Below are positions 10,401-18,772 of a stretch of 64,000 nt of DNA, in pieces. Position 1 is the stretch's first letter. Every line of letters begins with the position of its first letter. The notes under the pieces are model-generated. The model saw nothing but the letters and a program-made list of their open reading frames with translations, made no database searches and was not told the origin of the DNA. Both the position numbers and the translations under genes were made by a program. The DNA comes from a virus. The stretch lies in the IMG/VR virus record IMGVR_UViG_3300008267_000780, positions 10,718-74,717 of that record; one strand, written 5' to 3'.

Positions 10401-11206
10401 CGATGAAGAGTATGCGTGGCGATTTGGTTAGTACCGCAGTCGGTGGGAAAAATGAAAAAAGTGGTAGTGGGTACACGATGTTTACCTATGTTATGTACCA
10501 AGACCCGAATGTTCGTTTGATAACATCAAAGCCATCAAGAATTACCGAAAAGGTTACTTTGGAACAACAAGAGAAAGCATTAAAAGAGTTTGAAACCAAG
10601 GTTACGGATAAATGGTATGCCGATGGTGGTAAAATTGGCTTTGAAGCCCTTTCCAAAAAAGTAGCGTCGCGATACGCAGGTAAAAAAGTTCAGCCCAAAT
10701 ATCAAGGCGAATATGGAAAGACTTACGATAAGGCTGAAGCAAAGGAAGTTGGCGACAAAGTAGCGGCAAAAGTTTATCGTATGCAGCAAGGTAAAATGGC
10801 TATGGGTGGTAAAATTGAACTTCCTTACGAATTAGACAAATATTTTACCAAGCCTGCAGGGACAATTGAAGTGGAAATGAGTAAGTTAATTCCTATTCGT
10901 GCACGAAAGGAAGGTATTGAAAATGCAGAAGTGTATATGAAGAAGGCTTACGATGGTAAAATGTCCAAGCGTAAACCTATTGAAATTTACAAAACGCGCA
11001 ATAAAAAATATCGCGTGAACGATGGTAACAGTACCTATGCTGTGGCTAAAAAGAATGGTTGGGAAACTATTTATGCAACTGTAGTTTCCAATCCTAATGT
11101 CTCAAAACGTGCCGAAAAAAGTACATTTGCAATAGCAAAAGAAATCAGAAAAGAAGGCGAAAAATGGAGTGATGCTGTAAAAAGAGTAAAGGAAAACAGA
11201 AAATGA
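7439..11206 (+). CDS. 1255-aa modular protein with about 15 [MFYL]xxGG linkers and a C-terminal ParB/Srx-like module
   Basis: repeated MAKGG/MADGG/MAMGG/FEDGG/YADGG; PIEIY..YRVNDGNSTYAVAKKNGW is ParB-like. Confidence 0.85.
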   Translation: MNNQAKIKLEKIKKLKLPEKVRATADKIEQGLSSADAATQKKAEDALNKLYTQIKAVAAKQREEKTEKEVNEKTIVPQNSDIAAPEAKKELTKKTTVADDVIDKALKNDPELAGFGRSDKRRDAGRKALPAGRRVARKGWSNQFGKSDGGRVYYENRENRKDRKSPSYKSGYPYLAKGGKIHPMDDEDGTFYVNLYKTKGDQMMSVDEREYSSKASAMTYAMMKRDFMKEGESIFVMNDDGDVLYTSIGTKKMAMGGKFPYQNAQVGDSARVILDNKMGTIMVTYGRRFHLKFPDGTEKTYSAEELEFYPDDNVMAKGGELKKGDKIVVLGTEFEFVRYEMDSSQGYDEERVILKNENGIRSYPKDMVEAYSQYEMAKGGYMAKGGSVLKPIKILIKNLDGKIVYTTTSSNKAADYLVLHDRDNLTVETEDGEVIFANGQYMADGGYIPYDGAMNSFRDFQVYVKQRISEYPELKEEILEFYYLAQSEIEEGGSTYSEISRGFEDIEDIIREQKMAKGGYMAEGENYEYVNTFKRFDSNVPVPDEDFKKLVDAYHKQLSGDKLAVSKYKVLKLQMGNYLGHKTVEEMEAYIEKTHNAHKMAKGGYVDIEAKLIKELQKLQRDLNSNRLNTYREGDNSDAEKARQRERESKLVRFNEILELLRENDAKKMAKGGTINKLKADSYAYGFMEDFDKTRRIVKMNFGDDTRKEFEKIVKSKFSKHKVFEDGGYMADGGAIKGSNPSTGEKFGVVIGSLKKEDGLTTLTIRSSYSARIKSYELTFDEKGFLRSIGDFGHTIDGTYPDMKGGHLSVKNVDADNKKESIDALAKITSPSFAKKVYDYVQEEKMAKGGPTGDYTNRRDLKLIVIKNPNKSGSKDYLTIDKKDFLDGLHKFEGGGSLSKGYTYIKRADVNQVAYYDKNGKTQIEFKPKNGFWVSKKALVDAGMNESKAEPKKTSLNFGTTSMRKTSSGWIAKNKVSNYKGYDWEITTMKSMRGDLVSTAVGGKNEKSGSGYTMFTYVMYQDPNVRLITSKPSRITEKVTLEQQEKALKEFETKVTDKWYADGGKIGFEALSKKVASRYAGKKVQPKYQGEYGKTYDKAEAKEVGDKVAAKVYRMQQGKMAMGGKIELPYELDKYFTKPAGTIEVEMSKLIPIRARKEGIENAEVYMKKAYDGKMSKRKPIEIYKTRNKKYRVNDGNSTYAVAKKNGWETIYATVVSNPNVSKRAEKSTFAIAKEIRKEGEKWSDAVKRVKENRK

Positions 11207-12318
11207 AACTATTAAAATTAACCAAACAGGAAGTTGCAAAACTTCAAAAGCAATACAAATTTGGGTCTGATTTATCCAAGCAAGACGTAGTAGTCAAAAT
11301 ATTTAACCCTTATGGTAGGGGAAGATGGTATTTGGTAAATCAAGACCCTAAGGACCCTGATTACATTTGGGCGATTGTAGATTTAGGGATGGGACCTGAA
11401 GTTGGCTCAGTGAGTTTGAGCGAACTGCAGAACCTGCGAATGCCTGTATATGGGTATAAATTCCCGTTGGAAAAAGACAGATTTACACAACGAAATGCTG
11501 TCGAAGTTTTTGAAGGATTGCAGCGCGGCAATTATTTTGCAGATGGTGGAGAAATCAAAGTAGAAGTTGCTCAAAAAGACATTTACAACAAAAATCATTA
11601 CAAAGGTATATTCCAAGATTCCGACAAAGACGGTGTTCCTGACATTGATGATGCACAACCGAAAAATCCAAAATTACAGGGAGAGGTTGAAGAGTTGAAG
11701 TTCTCTCAAGTGTTTGATAGGCTAATAAAAACGAAAAGGTCTTTGGACAAAATTATGAGGGCGGCTATCTCAAAACTCAAGGTGATTTCCCCTGTAGGAA
11801 GTACGATTTATGCTCGAACCAAAACGCCTTATTCCATAATCAACAAATTGATTAATAAAAAGTCTACGAGCCTTGAAAGAAGCAAATTGGGTGATGTTGA
11901 AGGTTTGACGGATTTAATTGGAACCACAGTAGTTGTCAAAAATTTGAGTGGTATCGAACAGGTATCAAAAGAATTAGACAAAGGCGCATTGGGTGAAATA
12001 TTGGAAAAAAAAGATTATTACGAAAACCCAAAAGCGGGTTATCGTGCAATTCACTACATCACCATTTTTGAGGGTGTTGCTATTGAAGTGCAATTGAAAA
12101 CTTATCGTCAAAAAGAAATCAATGAGGCCTCTCACCAAGCGTACAAATACGAAAATCTTGAAGCGGACCGTTTGTTGTATTTGACCAATTTGGCGAATGA
12201 GGCTGATATGGGAGACCGAAAAGCCCAAATAGAAATTGACAAAATTTTCCTCGATAAAAAAGCCTTAAAGGAATCTTTGTACAAAGACAAAGTCAGAGGA
12301 AATAAATTACCTTCGTAA
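11203..12318 (+). CDS. DUF2958-like domain + FADGG linker + RelA/SpoT (small alarmone synthetase-like) domain
   Basis: KIFNPYGRGRWY..VDLGMGPEVGSVSLSEL; DSDKDGVPDIDD Ca-binding-like loop; RTKTPYSIINK, DLIG, KDYYENPKAGYRAIH, EVQLKT. Confidence 0.8.
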   Translation: MKLLKLTKQEVAKLQKQYKFGSDLSKQDVVVKIFNPYGRGRWYLVNQDPKDPDYIWAIVDLGMGPEVGSVSLSELQNLRMPVYGYKFPLEKDRFTQRNAVEVFEGLQRGNYFADGGEIKVEVAQKDIYNKNHYKGIFQDSDKDGVPDIDDAQPKNPKLQGEVEELKFSQVFDRLIKTKRSLDKIMRAAISKLKVISPVGSTIYARTKTPYSIINKLINKKSTSLERSKLGDVEGLTDLIGTTVVVKNLSGIEQVSKELDKGALGEILEKKDYYENPKAGYRAIHYITIFEGVAIEVQLKTYRQKEINEASHQAYKYENLEADRLLYLTNLANEADMGDRKAQIEIDKIFLDKKALKESLYKDKVRGNKLPS

Positions 12319-12332
12319 TAAAATTTACACAT

Positions 12333-12764
12333 ATGAAAAATATAACCACTATCCTACAGGAGAAAAATGTGAAAGTCGACACTTTGCCCGACAACATTCA
12401 AAGTGCAATTGAAAATTCAATGAACCTTTTCGAAGACATTCAAACTTTAGAAGACACGTTGACTGAAGAGTCTACAGATGAAGAAAAAGCAGAATTCAAC
12501 GAATTAAAGGAAACCCACGAAGATTTTAACGAACAGATTCTTGGGGCAATTGACAATTTTCAAGAAGAACTTGAAGCAAAGAAAAAAGCCCAAAATAATG
12601 CAAGTCCTGCGCCTGCGCCTGCGCCTGAACCAAAACCTGCAACACCTCCATCATCAAATCCCGAACCCAAAAAAAAAGGAATTGGATTTGGTACTTTCAT
12701 TATCGGAGCGGCAGTTTTGATTGTAACTGCAGGTGCTGTTAATATGATGAGAAATAAGAACTAA
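12333..12764 (+). CDS. tail-anchored membrane protein (acidic coil, PA linker, C-terminal TM)
   Basis: GIGFGTFIIGAAVLIVTAGAV hydrophobic C-terminus. Confidence 0.8.
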   Translation: MKNITTILQEKNVKVDTLPDNIQSAIENSMNLFEDIQTLEDTLTEESTDEEKAEFNELKETHEDFNEQILGAIDNFQEELEAKKKAQNNASPAPAPAPEPKPATPPSSNPEPKKKGIGFGTFIIGAAVLIVTAGAVNMMRNKN

Positions 12765-12973
12765 TGGAAAAAATACCCCAACACTATTTTGCGTTTAATC
12801 CACAGTCTGTCCGTTGGATGGATATGGTGTTTGTTGCACCTATTATGATTTATGCGGGTGTGAAGGGGGATTTTAAACCATATGTGAAATTTTCACTCAT
12901 CGCGATTGGCTCTTTGACTTTTCTTTACAACGGCATTAATTATGTAACCAATTTGCAAAACGGAGAAAAATGA
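12764..12973 (+). CDS. small 2-TM membrane protein
   Basis: two hydrophobic segments; TAATG coupling. Confidence 0.7.
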   Translation: MEKIPQHYFAFNPQSVRWMDMVFVAPIMIYAGVKGDFKPYVKFSLIAIGSLTFLYNGINYVTNLQNGEK

Positions 12974-13263
12974 GTTACCGTATTACAAGATACACTTTTG
13001 AACAGGCTAAAAAATTGGGGGTGACTGTAAAGCCGTCCACAGTTCAAGGCAAAAAGATTGATGTATTCAAGAACGGAACGAAATTGGCCTCAGTTGGTGC
13101 TATAGGGTACAATGATTATCCAACATTTATGCGATTGGAGCGCGAGGGAAAGGTTCCTTCAGGAACAGCGAATTTGCGTCGGAAAGCATATAAAATCAGA
13201 CATCAAAAAGACAGAACCGTCCGTGGAAGTAATGGATGGTACGCTGACAAATTATTATGGTAA
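12970..13263 (+). CDS. Tlr6F/DUF5754-like basic protein
   Basis: KKIDVF..VGAIGYNDYP..RRKAYKIRH..GWYADKLLW pattern. Confidence 0.65.
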   Translation: MSYRITRYTFEQAKKLGVTVKPSTVQGKKIDVFKNGTKLASVGAIGYNDYPTFMRLEREGKVPSGTANLRRKAYKIRHQKDRTVRGSNGWYADKLLW

Positions 13264-13415
13264 TGGACAAGAAATTAAAAGTAGTAATCGTGGCCTCAGT
13301 AGGTATTGCTGCAATATTGATTGGAGTGTCTTTGCTCTTTATTCAAAGGGGTATTGACCGAAAAGCAATTACAGAAGAAGACCGAAATGTTTTAAGACAA
13401 ATTCGAATTTCATAA
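13263..13415 (+). CDS. 50-aa membrane protein (not in the ORF track)
   Basis: MDKKLKVVIVASVGIAAILIGVSLLFIQRG...; TAATG coupling. Confidence 0.7.
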   Translation: MDKKLKVVIVASVGIAAILIGVSLLFIQRGIDRKAITEEDRNVLRQIRIS

Positions 13416-13417
13416 TT

Positions 13418-14143
13418 ATGGAAATCAAGATACCTGCAATTCAAAAGGAGTGGAAAGTCCCTGCAAATCAACCACCTTGGAAAAGTCAAGCAACGGCTGT
13501 GATAAAAAAAATCAAGGCGAATTATAGTGGGCAAATGGCAAAAGCATCGCAATACACAGGGGTTCCTGTGAATATTTTGGTAGCGTTTGCCGCCACAGAA
13601 AGTGGAGGCGCGTTGAATCAAACTTTAAATGGTCCATCCAAAGGAATTATGCAAGTAAACCCTTCTTCGGCTTGGCAAGCACTATCTGACCAAATCAAAG
13701 TCGATACGATAGGTAGATTCTACCCCCTTTACCAATTGGCCCCTAATGCATTCGTGGTGAAAAAACCCGTTGCTACAAACTCAGTAGGAAAGGCTACGGA
13801 TTATTTGACCTTGAAACCTGTAACTACAGCGTCCGCATATCTTGGGCAAAGAATGGTCGCTGATGCGCAATTTGCTATTTATATGGGTTCGTTGTTATTG
13901 GCACAGTTAATAGCGGGTACAATCGCTAAAACAGGCCAAATCAGACTTGACCACATCATCATTAAATACAATGCGGGTACGGGACGATTCAGGCAGGTGG
14001 TAACGAGCAGAGGTTTGGAAAGCGCGAGTGTGGACACAACACAGTTGTATAATCAGTTACCAATTCCTGTTTCTCAAGCGTACATCGTCAAAATGATGGG
14101 AATAAATGGCTATTTAGATGTTCAAAAACAGGGTTTGGCGTAA
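13418..14143 (+). CDS. lytic transglycosylase (SLT-like), probably virion-associated
   Basis: AATESGG catalytic Glu, GIMQV, YNAG motifs. Confidence 0.8.
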   Translation: MEIKIPAIQKEWKVPANQPPWKSQATAVIKKIKANYSGQMAKASQYTGVPVNILVAFAATESGGALNQTLNGPSKGIMQVNPSSAWQALSDQIKVDTIGRFYPLYQLAPNAFVVKKPVATNSVGKATDYLTLKPVTTASAYLGQRMVADAQFAIYMGSLLLAQLIAGTIAKTGQIRLDHIIIKYNAGTGRFRQVVTSRGLESASVDTTQLYNQLPIPVSQAYIVKMMGINGYLDVQKQGLA

Positions 14144-14179
14144 ATAATATGACGGCATTGAACTGTAGAAAAAACTCAC

Positions 14180-14187
14180 TATTTTTG
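14180..14187 (+). promoter_or_regulatory. Bacteroidota -7 promoter element TATTTTTG
   Basis: matches TAnnTTTG in an intergenic gap before a gene run. Confidence 0.55.
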
Positions 14188-14213
14188 TTTTAATCAATTA
14201 ACTACATAATACT

Positions 14214-14333
14214 ATGGCAAATACTAAATCAGGATTCGTACCAATGGCTGTTGGGATTGCATTGTCTCTTGCAACAATTTATGTTATCGCATACTTTGCA
14301 GGCAAGGGATGGGAGAAAGCAACCGATAAGTAA
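14214..14333 (+). CDS. 39-aa membrane protein (not in the ORF track)
   Basis: MANTKSGFVPMAVGIALSLATIYVIAYFAGKGWEKATDK. Confidence 0.7.
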   Translation: MANTKSGFVPMAVGIALSLATIYVIAYFAGKGWEKATDK

Positions 14334-14335
14334 TT

Positions 14336-14830
14336 GTGAAAGGAATTTTCAAAGAAATATTGGATGCGACCCAAGGTCCGCACGCAAATGGAGTTCTCTA
14401 CGCAGGGGCTGTAGGACTTTTATTGTCCAATATTATTCCAACCCCCGCAGATGCTTTATATTTCCATCGTGAGAAAAAACTCAAGGAGAAATGGGACAAT
14501 AAAGAAATCACACCCGAAAAATATTGGCAAAAAACTGCAACCGCCTATTACGTGTATAAACCCGTATGGTGGGGACTTGTAATTAGTGCAATGTATTTTA
14601 CCAAAGGCGATGTCAAGGACAAAGCGAAGATAGGTTTGATGATTGTAGGAGCAGGAGCCGTAGTAGGGATAGTTTACAGAAATTACACAAAAGACATTCA
14701 AGATGTTCGTCGAGAAGTTTTGACTTCTATGGAGCCAAAGAAAAACATTACAGGTCCAAATAAGCCTGTGAAAGTTGGTCAATACAGGTCAGTTCTTCGA
14801 AAAGGAAACGTCTTAAAGTTTGTCGCTTAA
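14336..14830 (+). CDS. multi-TM membrane protein
   Basis: GTG start; three hydrophobic segments. Confidence 0.75.
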   Translation: MKGIFKEILDATQGPHANGVLYAGAVGLLLSNIIPTPADALYFHREKKLKEKWDNKEITPEKYWQKTATAYYVYKPVWWGLVISAMYFTKGDVKDKAKIGLMIVGAGAVVGIVYRNYTKDIQDVRREVLTSMEPKKNITGPNKPVKVGQYRSVLRKGNVLKFVA

Positions 14831-14840
14831 TAAAAAAGAA

Positions 14841-15194
14841 ATGGAAAATTTAACAGGAGCACCCGCAGCAGCCGCAGCACCCGCTGCCCCCGCAGCCCCC
14901 GCTGCACCCGCAGCACCTGCAGCACCCGTAATGGCGCAAGGTGGTAGTGTAGCAGATGCCGCACCGAAAATGGTAGAGGGTGGCGACGTTTCATCAATAG
15001 AAACCAATTGGGGAACTTGGATTGCAATTGGCTTGGTGTCACTTACGCTTGTTTCATTGATTTTACAGATTGCTGTACATCGCAAAAATTTAAAGAAAGT
15101 CGATGCAGACGATGAAGCATTGCAAAAAGATGTCAGGGAACTGAAAATGAATGTGAAAAAACAAATGGGCGAAAAGTATGAAACCTTGGCTTGA
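14841..15194 (+). CDS. membrane protein with (AAP)n linker and MAQGG/MVEGG motifs
   Basis: ATG at 14841; TM WIAIGLVSLTLVSLILQIAV. Confidence 0.75.
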   Translation: MENLTGAPAAAAAPAAPAAPAAPAAPAAPVMAQGGSVADAAPKMVEGGDVSSIETNWGTWIAIGLVSLTLVSLILQIAVHRKNLKKVDADDEALQKDVRELKMNVKKQMGEKYETLA

Positions 15195-15825
15195 CGAAGT
15201 CACGTATGGCAACCCAAATGATGAATTACTTCCCTATTTAGAAAAAGGGGAGTTTGATTTCGTATTCGAAGCACTCAAAAAATTCCCACCGCCTAAAAAT
15301 TCTTCGGAAACTACGCGGGATGAAATGAGAGAACTTATTTCGATTCAGAACTCTCCTGAGCAAAAAAACGAAGAAATTATGTCACGGTATTTGAACTATG
15401 ACAAAAATTTCGGAGATGTATTCAAAACTTATTGCAAAGACACAATAGGGGAAAATATGGATGACGTAATCGACCAAATTACAAAAGATGGTTTTTACGT
15501 CCTGACAAAATTAAAATTCTTTTACCAAAGGCCGCGTCCCTATCAGTTGGCACAATATTTAAGGGCGCGTCTTTTTCCTTATGCTGCAGCCACCGCTTTG
15601 ACACCTGCATATCCTTCAGGACACTCGTTTGAGTCATATGCTTTGGCAGAATATATTGGAAGTAAGTATCCCGAACATTATCAGTTTTTGACTGATTTAT
15701 CACACGATATATCAATTAGTCGATTATTTCTTGGATTGCATTTTGCCACTGATTTAGATTTTGGCAGATTTGCGGCTAAGAAATATGTAGGCTCAAAGCA
15801 ATTTGCAAGTAAATATGGAATATGA
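15178..15825 (+). CDS. PAP2/haloperoxidase-superfamily phosphatase
   Basis: KFFYQRPRP, YPSGHS and SRLFLGLHFATD motifs 1-3. Confidence 0.85.
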   Translation: MKPWLDEVTYGNPNDELLPYLEKGEFDFVFEALKKFPPPKNSSETTRDEMRELISIQNSPEQKNEEIMSRYLNYDKNFGDVFKTYCKDTIGENMDDVIDQITKDGFYVLTKLKFFYQRPRPYQLAQYLRARLFPYAAATALTPAYPSGHSFESYALAEYIGSKYPEHYQFLTDLSHDISISRLFLGLHFATDLDFGRFAAKKYVGSKQFASKYGI

Positions 15826-16228
15826 ATTTCTCGTAACACCAATCGGCAAGCCGAGAATGACCCAACGGGACAAGTGGTTAAATCCACCCCGTAAACCAAT
15901 ATTGAATTACAGAATTGCAAAACACGGTATTCAACATTATGCCTGTGAACAAAATTTTACTTTGCCCGAAATAATTAATGTTATTTTTGTTTTACCTGTT
16001 TCAGAATCTTGGAGCAATAAGAAAAAAACATCAATGATTGGGCAGCCACATCGCCAAAAACCCGATTTGGATAATATCCTCAAATTTTTGATGGATAGCC
16101 TTCTCCCAAACGGAGGTGATGAAGTTGTGCATACCATAAACGCCCGTAAAATTTGGGGTGAACACGGTAAAATATTAATTGAAACAAAAAATGACTCGAC
16201 AACGGAAAATCGAAACGAAGCCAATTGA
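15815..16228 (+). CDS. rusA: RusA-like Holliday junction resolvase
   Basis: PIGKPRMT and KPDLDNILKFLMDSL..DE motifs. Confidence 0.8.
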   Translation: MEYEFLVTPIGKPRMTQRDKWLNPPRKPILNYRIAKHGIQHYACEQNFTLPEIINVIFVLPVSESWSNKKKTSMIGQPHRQKPDLDNILKFLMDSLLPNGGDEVVHTINARKIWGEHGKILIETKNDSTTENRNEAN

Positions 16229-16625
16229 ACAATTATTCTCGGCATTGAGTGAGACGCTCAATGAAATTGGGTATATGCGAACCATTCACCTACTGAGAAA
16301 AGGTCAAGAAAACGTATGGAATTCAGACTTGAAAGTTGCTACTGATGCAGTTTGCAAGGTATTTAATATTTCTCCCGATGTGGTATTTGGTAAATCAAGA
16401 AAATATCCCCGAAAATATGCTTTCGCTATTTGGGTTTATTTATCGTACACCAAATTAAATTACACGCTCCCCGATTTAGTGAACTATACCCATAAGTCTT
16501 TGTCGACAATCAGCAAGGCTAAAGGCAGTATCGATAATCGAAAAAGCGTCACCGCATTTGAAAAGAAAATTAACGAAAAACTTGATGAATGCATACAAAT
16601 CATAAATGAAATCAAACCCGAATAA
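16191..16625 (+). CDS. DnaA domain-IV-like HTH protein
   Basis: VCKVFNISPDVVFGKSR..AIWVYL..TLPDL..HKSLSTI pattern. Confidence 0.6.
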   Translation: MTRQRKIETKPIEQLFSALSETLNEIGYMRTIHLLRKGQENVWNSDLKVATDAVCKVFNISPDVVFGKSRKYPRKYAFAIWVYLSYTKLNYTLPDLVNYTHKSLSTISKAKGSIDNRKSVTAFEKKINEKLDECIQIINEIKPE

Positions 16626-16627
16626 TT

Positions 16628-17602
16628 ATGGAAAATACAGAAAATGTGAATTCAGAAATCATTGATGATTTCTCCCCGCTTACTCAGGACAATGTAATCC
16701 AACGTGATTATACAAAACCAAATGTTGACTTCTCTCAAGTCAATGCAACCCCTATTGAAGAACCTGTATTCGTAGCCCCCTCTTTTGAGGATATGGATGC
16801 TAATTGGAATTCCAAAAATGTCGAAGAAGCACAAATTGTAGATGAAAAAGCAAGTGCTAATCCATATACAGAAAATCTTGACAAGAAAGACCAAAGAAAA
16901 GCATCAGCCGCATTGGTTGAAGCCCTTTTGGATGGATACACTCAATTGAACAAATTTGGGAATAAACTCGTTCAATTCAATCCTGAAAAAATACAGGGAA
17001 TGATGCGCTCAGGGGAAATAGACCCTGATTTGACCATTCCAATTAACGGTAGAAATATCGGAGTTCTTGATTATGTGAATGCATACAATGAAGAAACTTC
17101 CTCAGTTATTTCCGTTGATGATGACTTCAAAGACAAGGTACGTCCATTGTTAATTGAAGAGTTTATGGAGCGCAACATCGGGATGACCCGATTGCAATTG
17201 ATTGGATATTATTTTGGAACTGATTTATTGACTAAGGGAACCTTGGTTTATTCATTGAGGAAACAGAATCAAGCAGTATTGGATTCTTTGGTGGAAATTA
17301 GTCAAAATAACCGTCCCGCTCCAACACCTCAGGCAAGTCGTGTGCAACAGTCAGAACCAATTAGAGAAGAGGAACCTGTGAGAAAATCACAACGTGAATT
17401 CGTAGAGCCTGAAGAGGAATACGCAGTTGTCGAAGAGTTTGAACCCGTGACGGTAGTAAAAACTGCCAATGACGATGTTAGTCGCTCAAGAAGACCACAG
17501 GCAGGACCTAAGTTTGGTGACTCTGCAATTTTGGAGCAAATGGAACAAATCGCAAATGGTGAGCCTTCAGGTAAGCGTAGAGGTAGACCAAGGAAAAAAT
17601 AA
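16628..17602 (+). CDS. acidic hypothetical protein preceding the packaging ATPase
   Basis: 324-aa ORF; C-terminal KRRGRPRKK (AT-hook-like). Confidence 0.75.
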   Translation: MENTENVNSEIIDDFSPLTQDNVIQRDYTKPNVDFSQVNATPIEEPVFVAPSFEDMDANWNSKNVEEAQIVDEKASANPYTENLDKKDQRKASAALVEALLDGYTQLNKFGNKLVQFNPEKIQGMMRSGEIDPDLTIPINGRNIGVLDYVNAYNEETSSVISVDDDFKDKVRPLLIEEFMERNIGMTRLQLIGYYFGTDLLTKGTLVYSLRKQNQAVLDSLVEISQNNRPAPTPQASRVQQSEPIREEEPVRKSQREFVEPEEEYAVVEEFEPVTVVKTANDDVSRSRRPQAGPKFGDSAILEQMEQIANGEPSGKRRGRPRKK

Positions 17603-17610
17603 TATCAAAT

Positions 17611-18432
17611 ATGAGAGAACCATTATTGGGCGTAGCCGTCGGAAAGAAAGGTGTAGGTAAAACCTTTACGACCAATAGGGTCATAAAACAATATGTGATG
17701 GGTAATCCCGCTTCGGGAATTATGCCAAGAAAAGTTTTGATTTTAGATGCAAACGATGAATATACTGAGTACAAAGCGATTGCATTAAAAGATTTGATGT
17801 TGTTTAGTGTGCACCCTATGGTAGAAGCAAGAAGAATTAGGCCAATTCACGCGGATGGTAAAAAAATGACCTTGGACGATTTGGCAACCACTTTGAATTA
17901 CATTTTGGAAGTTTTTTCGGGTGGACTTTTATTGATTGAGGATATTAATCGTTTCACTTCTGATTTTATGCCTCAAGATTTGATGGGAGCAATTGCAACA
18001 AATCGACATCGTGATTTGGATATCATTTTGCACTATCAAGGAATAGGTCGTATTGGAACAAAAGTGTGGCAAAACATAAATTGGCTCAGGATGCATAAAA
18101 TTACTGAGTCAGCGATGCGACACGCGAAGAAGTTTGAAGACAAATATGAAATAATCCGCATATGCGAATTAATGGTCAATACACAATTCTTTGCAGGTAA
18201 CGAAAGGTACTATCAATATATTGATTGTGAGAATATGTGCTTTCAAGGTAAGGTAGATGAAAAGTTGTTTGCAGAAGCCTGTAAATTGTTTATTGAAGAG
18301 AATTATCGTAGAATTATTTCGCCTCTTTTACAAATTCGTGGAGTGGGTGACAAAAAGAAATTCACGGCTGATACTGCAATGAAGTCAGAAATGGAAAGAT
18401 TAAGGAAAATGTACTTGAAAAAACAATTGTAA
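17611..18432 (+). CDS. A32/FtsK-HerA-type genome packaging ATPase
   Basis: N-terminal Walker A GKKGVGKT, ILDANDEY, Walker B LLLIED, NRH..IILHYQ arginine-finger/Gln motif; small single-domain size. Confidence 0.75.
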   Translation: MREPLLGVAVGKKGVGKTFTTNRVIKQYVMGNPASGIMPRKVLILDANDEYTEYKAIALKDLMLFSVHPMVEARRIRPIHADGKKMTLDDLATTLNYILEVFSGGLLLIEDINRFTSDFMPQDLMGAIATNRHRDLDIILHYQGIGRIGTKVWQNINWLRMHKITESAMRHAKKFEDKYEIIRICELMVNTQFFAGNERYYQYIDCENMCFQGKVDEKLFAEACKLFIEENYRRIISPLLQIRGVGDKKKFTADTAMKSEMERLRKMYLKKQL

Positions 18433-18465
18433 GTTACTTTAAGTCTACTATGTAATCAATAAGCG

Positions 18466-18492
18466 AACCCCCTTTAAAACAGGGGGTTTTTT
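18466..18492 (+). terminator. rho-independent terminator
   Basis: aaccccct/agggggtt stem followed by a T-run. Confidence 0.8.
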
Positions 18493-18570
18493 ATTTTAAA
18501 TACTTGTAAATTACTATGCAAAATATATTTTAGGGAATACTTAATAGTTAATAGTCCATTTTATCCAAGG

Positions 18571-18578
18571 TATTTTTG
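18571..18578 (+). promoter_or_regulatory. Bacteroidota -7 promoter TATTTTTG for the capsid unit
   Basis: TAnnTTTG after the terminator, upstream of 18619/18773. Confidence 0.6.
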
Positions 18579-18618
18579 AAACTGTAAGCAGTCTGAACGG
18601 CTTATCAAACAAAAACTT

Positions 18619-18732
18619 ATGAACGTAGAATCTTTAAAAAAAATCGGAGGACAAGTCCTTTTAATTGTAGTCGGTGTATTAATTGCTAATGAAGTTCAAA
18701 AGCAAATTGACAAACGACGCGCAGCAATGTAA
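18619..18732 (+). CDS. 37-aa membrane protein co-transcribed with the MCP candidate (not in the ORF track)
   Basis: MNVESLKKIGGQVLLIVVGVLIANEVQKQIDKRRAAM; A-rich leader. Confidence 0.7.
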   Translation: MNVESLKKIGGQVLLIVVGVLIANEVQKQIDKRRAAM

Positions 18733-18772
18733 ATTCACAAAAACCAAAAACCTTAAAAAAAAAACTTAGACT

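Noticed and set aside
17611-18432. Terminase large subunit
   Set aside because: Too short, no RNase H-like nuclease domain, and it has the RH/Q motifs of FtsK-HerA/A32 ATPases.
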